A stretch of 64,000 bases of DNA from a bacterium (GCA_963675295.2 CAXXKJ010000001.1:64001-128000); one strand, 5' to 3'; shown: positions 10,585 to 20,158, counted from the first letter of the stretch. Notes: a model not told the origin generated them from the letters alone. Program-made: numbers and translations.

Positions 10585-12198
10585 CAGACTGCTGACAAAG
10601 TCCCCACGGGCTCTCGACCTGTGGGGATTTGTTTTGTATCTTTGTAGATGCTACCTACTTCCAAAGCTCATCAAAGCGCAGCGGAGCTTATTTACATTGA
10701 CGATTTGGTCCCGGACGATCATCTTTTGCGGAAGATTGATGCGGCAATTGATTTTTCGTTTATCCGGGATCGTGTAAAGCATCTCTACAGCGCCGACAAT
10801 GGCCGTCCGGCTGTTGACCCTGTCCTTCTGTTCAAGATGTTGTTCATCGGTTACCTGTACGGAATTCGGTCCGAGCGTCAGCTGGTGCGTGAGATCCAGG
10901 TCAATGTTGCCTATCGCTGGTTCCTCGGGCTGGATCTGCGTGACAAGGTGCCGGACGCGTCCACGATCAGCCAGAATCGACGACGCCGTTTCCGTGAAAG
11001 CACCATCTTCCAGGAGATCTTCGACGAGATCGTGCTGCTGGCGATCCGTCGTGGCCTGGTCGATGGCCGGGTCTTGTTCACCGATTCGACGCACCTGAAA
11101 GCCAGCGCGAACAAGAAGAAGTTCAAGAAGCGGCAGGTGACAGTGGCGACGAAGTCGTATCTGTCCGATCTGGAAGAGGCGGTGGATGCGGATCGCCTGG
11201 CGCATGGCAAAAAGCCACTGAAGAAACGTGACAATGACGATTCATCACCGCCGGCGACAAAGGAAATCAAGGTCAGCACCACCGATCCGGACAGCGGCTT
11301 CATGGTGCGGGACGGCAAGCCGCAGGGCTTTTTCTACCTTGACCACCGTACCGTAGACAACAAGGCCGGAATCATCACCGACACGCATGTCACCCCCGGC
11401 AATGTGCATGACAGCACCCCCTACCTTGAGCGCCTCGATGCGCAGATCTGCAAATTCCACTTCCCGGTGGAAAGGGTCGGTCACGACGCCGGCTACAATA
11501 CCGCCGCCATCTGCAAGGGGCTGGAGGATCGAAAGATCGACGGCGTGATCGGCTCGGTACGTACGACACGCAAGAAGGGAATGCTGGCAAAACGACTGTT
11601 TGTGTACGATTCGCTGGGGGATGTCTACCACTGTCCCGGCGGCCAGACACTACCGTATCGCACGACGACACGTGAAGGCTACCAGGAATATGTTTCCGAC
11701 CCGTCGCGCTGTGTCCTCTGTCCCCTGTTGCAGCAATGCACCGAAAGCGCCAATCACCGCAAGGTGGTCACCCGGCACGTGTGGCAGGCCAGCCGTGAAA
11801 AGATGATCGCGACCGCTCGGACAGAACGCGGACGGGCCACGTACCGGCGACGACGGGAGACGGTCGAACGCAGCTTCGGCGAAGCCAAACAACTGTATGG
11901 CCATCGCTATGCCCGGCTGCGCTCGATAGCCGGAGCACGTGAACAATGCCTGCTGTCCGCCGCCTGCCAGAACATGAAGAAGATCGCCATGACAATGGCG
12001 AAACACCCCTCTATCTCAAGACTATGGACCTATTTAGCCGGTCTTCTATCCCAGCGCACCACGCTCAACGGTCTCGATAGAAAAATCGAGCGAAGAACCA
12101 AACACAACCTGCCAACTATACCACAAATCCAACCAGTAGGATGTGCCGTGTGAATACAAAACAAACCCCATCAAATGACGGGGTTTGTCAGCAGTCTG
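10585..12198 (+). mobile_element. IS1182-family insertion sequence, 1614 bp
   Basis: 15-bp perfect terminal IRs CAGACTGCTGACAAA (10585-10599) / TTTGTCAGCAGTCTG (12184-12198); identical 32-bp flanks at 10553-10584 and 12199-12230. Confidence 0.93.
10648..12153 (+). CDS. IS1182-family DDE transposase
   Basis: LVPDDHLLRKID, GRPAVDP, YGIRSERQL, FTDSTHLKA, DAGY, CPGG...C..CPL..QC, RRETVERSFGEAK. Confidence 0.95.
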   Translation: MLPTSKAHQSAAELIYIDDLVPDDHLLRKIDAAIDFSFIRDRVKHLYSADNGRPAVDPVLLFKMLFIGYLYGIRSERQLVREIQVNVAYRWFLGLDLRDKVPDASTISQNRRRRFRESTIFQEIFDEIVLLAIRRGLVDGRVLFTDSTHLKASANKKKFKKRQVTVATKSYLSDLEEAVDADRLAHGKKPLKKRDNDDSSPPATKEIKVSTTDPDSGFMVRDGKPQGFFYLDHRTVDNKAGIITDTHVTPGNVHDSTPYLERLDAQICKFHFPVERVGHDAGYNTAAICKGLEDRKIDGVIGSVRTTRKKGMLAKRLFVYDSLGDVYHCPGGQTLPYRTTTREGYQEYVSDPSRCVLCPLLQQCTESANHRKVVTRHVWQASREKMIATARTERGRATYRRRRETVERSFGEAKQLYGHRYARLRSIAGAREQCLLSAACQNMKKIAMTMAKHPSISRLWTYLAGLLSQRTTLNGLDRKIERRTKHNLPTIPQIQPVGCAV

Positions 12199-12243
12199 CC
12201 GGGGACACTTTGTCCCCAAAGTGTCCCCGAGTTGAGTCCCCTG

Positions 12244-12338
12244 GTGTCATCCTGAACGCAGTGAAGGATCTCCAGCTTAGCAAACCCTTTCCACAGTTGG
12301 AGATTCTTCACTTCTCTTCGTTCCGTTCAGAATGACAC
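12244..12338. repeat. REP/REPIN-like palindrome (GTCAT...ATGAC family), copy 2
   Basis: GTGTCATCCTGAACGCAGTGAAGGATCTCCA...TGGAGATTCTTCAC...CGTTCAGAATGACAC. Confidence 0.75.
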
Positions 12339-12355
12339 ACCTGCGTCATCCATCT

Positions 12356-12411
12356 TTCACCGTTCACCGTTCACCGTTCACCGTCTACCGATTATTGATT
12401 ACCGATCACCT
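12356..12411. repeat. Short tandem heptamer repeat (TTCACCG)n
   Basis: Four perfect TTCACCG plus four degenerate units. Confidence 0.85.
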
Positions 12412-13915
12412 ACTGCCCCTCAAACTCCTTCTTCAGGTCGTCGACCCACCAGTTGAGCCGTTCACGGATGCCCAGCTTGACGCCGTCCTCACGGAAGCGG
12501 ATGTGCCCGTTCGGGTCGAGCACCAATGTCGCCGGGATCATCGCCAGTTTGAACAGTTTCTTCGTGCGATCGTCACCGAACAGCAGGTGCGCCTTGTAGC
12601 GCCGGATGTCGATGAACTTGCGCGCCTGTTGCCGGTTTTCGTTGGCGACATTGACCATGTACACGCGCACTTTCCTGCCCGCGTCGTGACGGGTGAACTC
12701 GCTCAGCTCCGGGATGCCGGTCCGGCACGGCTGGCAGCCACTTGACCAGAACTCGAGAATCACAATCCGGCCCGCCAGATCGGGCAGACGAACGATATTG
12801 TCGAATTCGTCCGGTAGCTCGAACTCCGGCGCGGGGGTGTCCATCTTGCCCGCCAACGCCTCCGTCTTGCGTTTCTCATAGCCCGCGAGGTAGTTGCGGC
12901 TCAGTTTCTTGCGGATCTGTTCCCAGCGTGGATCGGCACGCAGGCGCAGCAAACACGGATGCAATTCCGCACGATCCAGGTTGTCGAACCCGAGACGGAT
13001 CGCTTCGCGCAGCGATTCGAACGCCTCATCCACCCGACCGAGCAACGCGAGGAAGCGGGCACGGTCGAAATACACCCCGGGCAGGTATTCCTCCGGGACG
13101 CTCGATTTCCACTCGTCCATCACGTTCAGCGCGTTTTCGAACGCAAACCCACGCCGGTAGAGGAAAACGAGGTACTCCATGATCGCCAGCTCACGTTGAC
13201 GTGAGCTGAGCTGCCCCTGCGAAATCCGCCAGTGCACCACCTCGGCCGCATACCGCCGCACCGCGCTCAGCTTGCCCTCGTTGGCCTTGACCAGCATCGG
13301 GGCGTCATTTTCGAGCGCCCAGTCCTGACGCATCTTCCGCGCCTTCTTGATCACCGCGCGTGCCTGCTTCGGCTGCTGCGTGTAGAGGTAGTAGTCGAAC
13401 ACGTAGCCGAGCAGCGCACCGTGATCCGGGGTGCCCTCAAGAACACGTTCGAACAACGCCGCGTCTTGCTCGAGTTCCTGCAACAATTGCTGCTGCACTT
13501 CGTGCCGACACTCGAGACGGAACAGGCAGAGGCCGTAGATGTTCATCAGCAGCCGGTAGCCGTACACCCAGTCCGGCGCGAGTTCGATGGTCCGGCGGGC
13601 GTGAAAGACAGCATCCTTCTGCGACTTGACCAGACGGCCGAAGAGGTAGTTGTGCAACGCAGAGTCGGGATTCTGCTCGAGACGGATGCGGAAAAACTCC
13701 CGCGCGCCGGCCGGGTCGATTGCCTCCCAGTCATTCTGCACCGCGCGGGTTTGTTCGATGCTGTCGATGTCGTCCGCGCTGAGATCGCACATGTCCCGGA
13801 ACAACGCGATCTTGTTGTCGCGATCTTCCGGCAGATCGTTGGTCTCCTCGCTGTAGGCAGGAAACCCCGGCCGCTCTTCGGGAGAAACCGGGGTCGATTC
13901 AGTCGTATCAAACAC
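12410..13915 (-). CDS. TPR-like helical protein with C-terminal TlpA/ResA thioredoxin domain
   Basis: C-terminal APEFEL...ILEFWSSGCQPC...IPATLVLDPNG; TPR-like YFDRARFLALLGRVDEAFESLREAIRLGF. Confidence 0.8.
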   Translation of the reverse strand: MFDTTESTPVSPEERPGFPAYSEETNDLPEDRDNKIALFRDMCDLSADDIDSIEQTRAVQNDWEAIDPAGAREFFRIRLEQNPDSALHNYLFGRLVKSQKDAVFHARRTIELAPDWVYGYRLLMNIYGLCLFRLECRHEVQQQLLQELEQDAALFERVLEGTPDHGALLGYVFDYYLYTQQPKQARAVIKKARKMRQDWALENDAPMLVKANEGKLSAVRRYAAEVVHWRISQGQLSSRQRELAIMEYLVFLYRRGFAFENALNVMDEWKSSVPEEYLPGVYFDRARFLALLGRVDEAFESLREAIRLGFDNLDRAELHPCLLRLRADPRWEQIRKKLSRNYLAGYEKRKTEALAGKMDTPAPEFELPDEFDNIVRLPDLAGRIVILEFWSSGCQPCRTGIPELSEFTRHDAGRKVRVYMVNVANENRQQARKFIDIRRYKAHLLFGDDRTKKLFKLAMIPATLVLDPNGHIRFREDGVKLGIRERLNWWVDDLKKEFEGQ

Positions 13916-13926
13916 AGATGGCCTCG

Positions 13927-15189
13927 TCAGCTCTTCGCGGTCGCCGCCGGTTCCTGACGGTCAAGCACCGGGAAGTAATTGGCAAATAGCTTGTACCCGA
14001 CCACAATTATCGCCACCATCATCGCTGAGATGAGGAACTCCCAGATCGTCGGGAAGTAACTCCAGCCGTTCGGTGGCGAGTACGCGAACATGAACACGTT
14101 CGCGCGGTTGAAGATCAGCCCGGCGATCACCAGCCACGATGTCCACATTAGGTACCTCGGATTTCGCCGAATCCATGGCACCGACAGCAACAGCGCCGGA
14201 ATCATCCCGACCACGAGAAGTTCGCCAAACCACAACGCGCCGTACCACGACTCAAACAGCAGGTGGAACTTGTCGTAGAAGACGAGGTCGAAGAACTTCA
14301 TCGTCACGTAAAAGCCTAGGAACAGGATTGACCGCCGCGCCAGACCGGCGAGCAACGGCATTTCCGGTTCACGGCCAAAGGTGCGTGCCGACAGAATGCT
14401 CTCGACAATCACCACATGCCAGCCGACCGCCACCGAGGAAAACAGGAAGAATGCCGGCAGCCATGGCGTGAACCACAACGCGTGCAGCCGGTGCGGCGCG
14501 ATCAGCATCGTTGCGCCGAGGGATGACTGGTGCAGCGTCGAGACCACGATCCCGGCGAGGATGAAGACGATCATCACCTTGTCCAGCCACGGCCGGATCT
14601 TCATCGAGAATCGTGCCAGCCCGCCCTTTCCGTCCTGGATCCATCGGTCGGTCAACGTCGGCAGGTATTCGATGATGAGGATCGTGAGATAGGCCATCAC
14701 GCAGATCGAGACCTCGAACAACGCCGACCCGCCATTCCAGTTGTCCGGCAGGATCGGGTTGTACAATTGCCACCAGCGGCCAACGTCGACAAACACACCG
14801 AACGCCGCCATCGCATAGCCAAGCAGCGCGGTGGTGATTGCGGGACGGATCAACGGGCTGAACTGGCCCTGATTGAAGACATACACCAGCGCCGCCGTCG
14901 TGTACCCACCCGAGGCCAACGCGATCCCGATCACCACGTCGAACGTGATCCACAGGCCCCATGGGTACCCGTCCGAAAGGTTCGTCACCGCGCCCAATCC
15001 GAAGATCAGCCGGATCATCACGAGCACAAAACCGGCGATGATAATCGCCACACCGGCGGTAAAGCCCGGGGTCCAGAGTGGTTTCCGCATCGGTGCGCGC
15101 GGGTACCGCTCCATTACGTTTTCGTATTCCTCGACCTCAGCCTTGGTTGGCAGGTGAGGACGGGGGAGACGGTAGTTCTGTTCCGTCAT
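13927..15189 (-). CDS. hybB: NrfD/HybB-type hydrogenase membrane subunit
   Basis: GLGAVTNLSDGYPWGLW, DVGRWW, SALFEV, STLHQSSLG; multiple TM helices. Confidence 0.88.
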   Translation of the reverse strand: MTEQNYRLPRPHLPTKAEVEEYENVMERYPRAPMRKPLWTPGFTAGVAIIIAGFVLVMIRLIFGLGAVTNLSDGYPWGLWITFDVVIGIALASGGYTTAALVYVFNQGQFSPLIRPAITTALLGYAMAAFGVFVDVGRWWQLYNPILPDNWNGGSALFEVSICVMAYLTILIIEYLPTLTDRWIQDGKGGLARFSMKIRPWLDKVMIVFILAGIVVSTLHQSSLGATMLIAPHRLHALWFTPWLPAFFLFSSVAVGWHVVIVESILSARTFGREPEMPLLAGLARRSILFLGFYVTMKFFDLVFYDKFHLLFESWYGALWFGELLVVGMIPALLLSVPWIRRNPRYLMWTSWLVIAGLIFNRANVFMFAYSPPNGWSYFPTIWEFLISAMMVAIIVVGYKLFANYFPVLDRQEPAATAKS

Positions 15190-15192
15190 GGC

Positions 15193-16089
15193 TCACTCCT
15201 CGATGCAACCCTGGTCATCGGGATCACACTTCAACATCGCGCCACGGGTCACCGCCAGCATGCCGAACAACGCCAGCGGCGTCACCCAGTACTTGAAAAT
15301 GCCGTGCTGGATGCTTTGCGGCAGCGCGGGGATCGGCGTCGCATCATATTCCTTGAAGCCGATCTTGTCGAACGGGACGCCGCTGATATACACCACGGCC
15401 GTTCCGCCGACTTCATGCTCACCGTAGACGTGGTCGATGTACTTCTCCGGGTCGGCCTTGATGCGGCGGTAGGCTTCCGCGACCATGTCCTTGCGCTTGC
15501 CGGTCTTGATCGCGTTGCGCGGGCAGACATCTGAACACACCGTATTTTTGCCCTGCACCACCAGGTCGACACACATGTCGCACTTCTGGATCTTCGGTGT
15601 CGCCGAGGAATACTCGAAGGTCGGCACATCAAACGGACACGCGACCATGCAATAGCGGCAACCGATGCACTTGTCCGGGTTGTACGTTACAGGCCCGTCC
15701 TCGCGCTTGATTAACGCGCTGACCGGACATGCCGCCGCGCACGCCGGATCGTTGCAGTGCATGCACTGCCGTTTGACGTACTGATGGTGATCTTCAGCGT
15801 CGCCCGGGAAAAGCTGCACCACGGTGTAGTTTTCCGCGTTCAGGTCGCGCGGGTTGTCGTAGATCGGGGAATCACCAGCCGACTTGAATCCCATCCGCTG
15901 CTTGCAGACATATTGGCAGGTTTTGCAGCCGGTGCAGGAGGCTTCATCGTTGAGCATTCCCCACTGCTCATCAATCATCGACCCCGCCTCGCCACCGCCC
16001 ACGGACGCCAGCAGCTCGGGCGCGAACGCGCTCGACCCGATCAACGCTCCGGTGAGCTTGAGGAAGGATCTGCGGTTGTCTTCCATCAC
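15193..16089 (-). CDS. hybA: HybA-type multi-[4Fe-4S] subunit, Tat signal
   Basis: RRSFLK; CTGCKTCQYVC, CMHCNDPACAAACP, CIGCRYCMVACP, KCDMC; HVYGEHEVGGT; C-terminal TM. Confidence 0.9.
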   Translation of the reverse strand: MMEDNRRSFLKLTGALIGSSAFAPELLASVGGGEAGSMIDEQWGMLNDEASCTGCKTCQYVCKQRMGFKSAGDSPIYDNPRDLNAENYTVVQLFPGDAEDHHQYVKRQCMHCNDPACAAACPVSALIKREDGPVTYNPDKCIGCRYCMVACPFDVPTFEYSSATPKIQKCDMCVDLVVQGKNTVCSDVCPRNAIKTGKRKDMVAEAYRRIKADPEKYIDHVYGEHEVGGTAVVYISGVPFDKIGFKEYDATPIPALPQSIQHGIFKYWVTPLALFGMLAVTRGAMLKCDPDDQGCIEE

Positions 16090-17219
16090 CCCTCCTTCGG
16101 CTCTGCGTCAGCCGCTTCCGCCTTCTTCTTCGCACGCGAACTGGCGATTCCGACACCGATCGCCGCGCCGGCAAAACCACCGACGATACCCGTCGTGAGC
16201 GGATCAACACCGCCGCCCTTCTGGCCATCAACCAATGGATACGCGTCCGGTGCGGTCTGCTCGTGGATGTGGACCACTTCGTACATGTCCATCTTGTACG
16301 GGAAGCTCGGTTCGACACAGCCAATACACGGACTGCCCGACCCGATGCACCAGTTCACCCCGCTGTTCCAACGACGGCGTGGGCAGTCGGCATGCGTCAC
16401 CGGACCCTTGCAGCCCAGCTTGTAGAGGCACGCCTTGTCGCCGAAATTCTGTGCGAACTGACCCTTGTCGAAGTTGCCGCGGAACTCGCAGTTGTCGTGC
16501 ATCAGCTTGCCGTAGAACGCCAGCGGACGGCCATGCTCATCCACCTTCAGCATGTCCAGACCGCCGAGCAGCACCGTCGCCACCGTGCCGACAAACCAGT
16601 CCGGATGCGGCGGGCAACCGGGAACGTTCACGTACGGCGTGCTCATCCCCGCAGCCTTCATGTACTCGCCCACCGGCTGAATGCCAGTCGGATTCGGCGG
16701 AGCGGCGGGGATGCCGCCAAACGACGAACACGTCCCCATGTTGATCACCGCCATCGCCTTCGGGGCCAGCGCGTCAAAATGCTGTTTCAACGGAATGCCG
16801 TGCCCGTTGTGTTCGCCGACCTCGCAGTAAACGCCGTCGTCCTTTGTGGACAACGCACCCTCCATCACGAGCACGAACGAGCCGGGTTCGGCCTCCTTGT
16901 ACTTGTCCAGCACGTCGATCACCTGCTGACCCTGCCCGGCCATAACCGTGGCGTGGAACTGCAGGCTGACGTGCGCGCCCGGCAACACCTCACCGAGCAG
17001 CAAATCCTGTATCGTCGGGCTCAGGCTGTTCAGCAGCGACACGGAGCAACCGGTACACGATCCCGCCGGCAGCCACAGCACGGGCAAATCCTTCACGGCC
17101 TGGGCGAACAGCTGGTTGAAGCCGGGAAGCCCGAGCACACTCATGCCCGCTATCCCCGCGCTGCTCGTGCCTACCAGGTTCAGGAATGACCGGCGCGTGA
17201 TTTCTTTTCTTTCGCCCAC
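16086..17219 (-). CDS. [NiFe]-hydrogenase small subunit (Tat, C-terminal membrane anchor)
   Basis: TRRSFL; CTGCSVS, GTCSSFGG, PGCPPHP, HDNC, CLYKLGCKGP, CIGC. Confidence 0.95.
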   Translation of the reverse strand: MGERKEITRRSFLNLVGTSSAGIAGMSVLGLPGFNQLFAQAVKDLPVLWLPAGSCTGCSVSLLNSLSPTIQDLLLGEVLPGAHVSLQFHATVMAGQGQQVIDVLDKYKEAEPGSFVLVMEGALSTKDDGVYCEVGEHNGHGIPLKQHFDALAPKAMAVINMGTCSSFGGIPAAPPNPTGIQPVGEYMKAAGMSTPYVNVPGCPPHPDWFVGTVATVLLGGLDMLKVDEHGRPLAFYGKLMHDNCEFRGNFDKGQFAQNFGDKACLYKLGCKGPVTHADCPRRRWNSGVNWCIGSGSPCIGCVEPSFPYKMDMYEVVHIHEQTAPDAYPLVDGQKGGGVDPLTTGIVGGFAGAAIGVGIASSRAKKKAEAADAEPKEG

Positions 17220-17234
17220 TGCATCCTCCTGGTT

Positions 17235-17750
17235 CTATGTCCTTGCAATTGCTTGTTCAGTCAACGCGGCCAGGGCGTCGTCAATCTCCGCCCGGACCAG
17301 CTCCAGCACTCGTGGCACCACACGCGCCACCGGTACGCTCAGCTCGTCGCCCCAGTCGATCACTCCCGGCTGGATGCCGAAAATCACCGCGCGCTCCGGC
17401 GCGTTCCCCTGCAGCGTCGTCATGTGCAACGTTTCCATCAGACCCAGCTGATGAATCGAGTCGTAGCCGGTGAAATCCGGCGGGACATCATCCGGGGTGA
17501 AACGGAACAGGGTGCCCGGCTCACGGTTCGCGTCGACGGCATCGATCACGATCACCGCCTTGCGGTCCGCCAGCACCGGCAGCAGGTCATAGCCTGCCGT
17601 GCCGCCGTCAAACAGCTCGACCTCCGCCGGGAATGCCTCCTGCATCAGCTGCTGGATGGCGTGCACCCCCACACCGTCATCCCGCTGAATCAGGTTGCCC
17701 ACGCCGAGCACCAGAACCGGCGCCACACTCTGTCGTTCACCCGAATCCAT
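17235..17750 (-). CDS. hybD: Hydrogenase maturation endopeptidase (HyaD/HybD family)
   Basis: VLGVGNLIQRDDGVG, DGGT, VIDAV, SIHQ; ATG at 17750 overlaps large-subunit stop. Confidence 0.92.
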   Translation of the reverse strand: MDSGERQSVAPVLVLGVGNLIQRDDGVGVHAIQQLMQEAFPAEVELFDGGTAGYDLLPVLADRKAVIVIDAVDANREPGTLFRFTPDDVPPDFTGYDSIHQLGLMETLHMTTLQGNAPERAVIFGIQPGVIDWGDELSVPVARVVPRVLELVRAEIDDALAALTEQAIART

Positions 17751-19309
17751 CAGCTCACCACGAACTTGCCGAGATCGTTCTTTTTTCCATCCACGACATG
17801 AATCGCGCAGGCGAGGCACGGGTCGAACGAACGCACGATGCGAACCAGTTCGAATGGATTCTTCGCGTCCTTGATCCGTGTGCCTTCCATCGCCTGTTCG
17901 AACGGACCGGGCTGGCCCTTGTCGTCACGCGGGCCGCCATTCCACGTTGTCGGCACCACCGCCTGATAGTTCGCGATCTTCTTGCCCTTGACCGACACCC
18001 AGTGGCCCAACGCACCGCGCGGAGCGTCCGTGATGCCCATCCCTTCGCCTTCATCCGGGATGTCGTAGACCGCGCAGGACGGTTCCCCCGGCTTCAGCTC
18101 GAGCAACCAGTCCGCCATCGCGTCCGCCACGATCTTGCATTCGATCGCCCGCGCCGCGTGACGGCCGAGCGTCGATTGCAACGCGCCCGGGCCGGCGTTG
18201 AAATGGCCGAGCGTGTCGTTGACCAGCGAGACCGTCGGTTCGACACCCTGCACGTACGCGTTCAACTGACGGGACAACGGGCCGACTTCGTAGACGTCGC
18301 CGTCGTACCGCGGCGATTTGAGCCACGAGTACGCGCCGTTCTTGCCCGGCGCGGCAACCGTTTCGCCCTTGCTCGGATGCAGGTGGGACTCGGAGGAGTA
18401 CCAGGAATGGCGCACGTCCTCCGTGATCTTCGAGGGATCCAACTGCTTCGGCTTGAGGTTCTTGATGTTCACCCGGCCGCCGGGTAGCATCCGCTTGCGC
18501 TTCGTCAGGTCGGGCTCGTTGTCCAGCTCGAAGACGCCGTACGCCATGAAGTTGTCCGTGCCCCCGCCGATGCCGAAGTAATCGCTGTACACCTCCGCCA
18601 CCGCGATCACATCCGCCAGGTACACGTTGTCGATGAAATAGCGCAGCTTCTCGAGCCGCCAACGGAAGTCGGCGATCTTGTCCACCGACACCTGTTCGGT
18701 GCACCCCCCCGGCACGATGGACATGTTGTGCGGCATGTGACCACCGAAAATCGCCAGCATCTCCTGCGACACACGGCGCATATCCAGCGCCTGCACATAA
18801 TGCTTCGTCGCCTCGATGTTGACCGCCTTCGGCAGACGGTAATCCCCCTCATACCGCGGAACAAACGGTCCCAGCGATCCGCGGCCAATAAAGTCCGCGA
18901 CCTGGTTCAGGTGCGGATCGTTGCCGCGATAGCCCGCTACCGCCGTCACGTCGACATAGTCCAACGCCGTCAGGTGGTAGAAATGCAGGATGTGGGATTG
19001 GATGAAGTTGGAGCCGAAGATCAGGTTGCGCAGCACACGGCCGTTGTGTGGGATCTGGTCGGCAATACCGAACGCCGAGTCCAGATTCAACGTTGATGCC
19101 GTGGAATGCGCGGATGGGCAGACACCACAGATCCGCTGGGTGATGCGCTGGGCGTCCAACGGATTCCGGCCCTGCAGGACCTGTTCGATGCCACGCCAAA
19201 GAGTGCCGGAACTGCGCGCCTCCTTGACCACGCCTCCATCAACAACCGCCTCGATCTTCAGGTGACCCTCAATCCGGGTCACGGGATCGATGACAATCGT
19301 AGTCGCCAT
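17750..19309 (-). CDS. [NiFe]-hydrogenase large subunit, group 1 (1a-like)
   Basis: IDPVTRIEGH, L1 QRICGVCPSAH, L2 RSFDPCLACAIH plus cleavable tail; start ATG 19309 (MATTIVIDP). Confidence 0.96.
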   Translation of the reverse strand: MATTIVIDPVTRIEGHLKIEAVVDGGVVKEARSSGTLWRGIEQVLQGRNPLDAQRITQRICGVCPSAHSTASTLNLDSAFGIADQIPHNGRVLRNLIFGSNFIQSHILHFYHLTALDYVDVTAVAGYRGNDPHLNQVADFIGRGSLGPFVPRYEGDYRLPKAVNIEATKHYVQALDMRRVSQEMLAIFGGHMPHNMSIVPGGCTEQVSVDKIADFRWRLEKLRYFIDNVYLADVIAVAEVYSDYFGIGGGTDNFMAYGVFELDNEPDLTKRKRMLPGGRVNIKNLKPKQLDPSKITEDVRHSWYSSESHLHPSKGETVAAPGKNGAYSWLKSPRYDGDVYEVGPLSRQLNAYVQGVEPTVSLVNDTLGHFNAGPGALQSTLGRHAARAIECKIVADAMADWLLELKPGEPSCAVYDIPDEGEGMGITDAPRGALGHWVSVKGKKIANYQAVVPTTWNGGPRDDKGQPGPFEQAMEGTRIKDAKNPFELVRIVRSFDPCLACAIHVVDGKKNDLGKFVVS

Positions 19310-19457
19310 AATTCGTACCCCGAGCAGATGAATGGTGTGTAAAAGAACCGCAGCCCGGAAAACCCAAAAAGACCCAACCGGGCCGGAACCGTGACGAATG
19401 CACACTCAATCTGTGGGATACGCCGATTTTCCGCAAGCAATCACAAGTAGTTAACCG

Positions 19458-19484
19458 GTATTACTGTTTTTCAATCAGTATTAC
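19458..19484. promoter_or_regulatory. Candidate NikR operator upstream of hydrogenase operon
   Basis: GTATTAC-N13-GTATTAC, one mismatch from palindrome GTATTAC-N13-GTAATAC. Confidence 0.55.
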
Positions 19485-19708
19485 AGTTGTATTTCTAAGT
19501 CCAGACCTTTTTCAACCACGACAAGGCCTCGCTCTTGTGCACAATCCCACATAATAGTGTTAGGAGAGGTAAATTCTACTCCAAACTTTGTGAACCCATT
19601 CCCGTGACTGCGCATTTTCCGTTCACAACCTGTTGTTTCGATTACGGCTTATTCACAAATTTGCCGAATGGGAAATCGCAAAACGCTGAGTTTCGGAGGG
19701 GACAGGCC

Positions 19709-20158
19709 GTGAGCTACCAATTCAGCTATGCGTACAGCCGGGTTTTCCTGCTGACGGTGGTCGTAACCGTGCTTCTTAGTTGGGGTTGCGGAAAAGCTAA
19801 GAACGAGTCGCTGCCGCCGGAGGCGTCCGGAACCGTCGCCATCGCCCTTAGCGACCACCCGAGCCTGCAACGCGCCGGGAATGCTGTCAGTCTGCACGAC
19901 ACCCCGCTGGACAGGGGTCTGATTATCGCCTGCACGGAGGAGAGAGTCTGGCGTGCGTACGATTCGTGGTGCACACACCAGGGCTGCGAAGTCAGCGTCT
20001 CGGCGTATGGCGGCCTCGAATGCCCATGCCACATCAGCCGCTTCACCATCGAGGGTGTGCCCACAACCGGCCCCGCGCCACGCCCGTTGGTCGAATACAA
20101 AACACAGCTTGACGGCGATTCGCTGCTCGTCATGCTCGACGAACGCACCGTTCGGTGA
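19709..20158 (+). CDS. Small Rieske [2Fe-2S] lipoprotein
   Basis: CTHQGC...CPCHISRF...GPAPRPL; lipobox-like LLSWGC; GTG start after GGAGGGG. Confidence 0.85.
   Translation: MSYQFSYAYSRVFLLTVVVTVLLSWGCGKAKNESLPPEASGTVAIALSDHPSLQRAGNAVSLHDTPLDRGLIIACTEERVWRAYDSWCTHQGCEVSVSAYGGLECPCHISRFTIEGVPTTGPAPRPLVEYKTQLDGDSLLVMLDERTVR

Noticed and set aside
10456-10777. Small ORFs upstream of the transposase
   Set aside because: They translate heptamer repeats, the target hairpin and the IS end; the same applies to 12141-12745
17790-17840. Selenocysteine in the hydrogenase large subunit (NiFeSe)
   Set aside because: L2 motif reads DPCLAC with Cys codons; no in-frame TGA
19341-19392. Attenuator hairpin in hydrogenase 5' leader
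   Set aside because: Only a short imperfect stem (GGCCCGG/CCGGGCT) with a weak U tract; cannot be supported by eye
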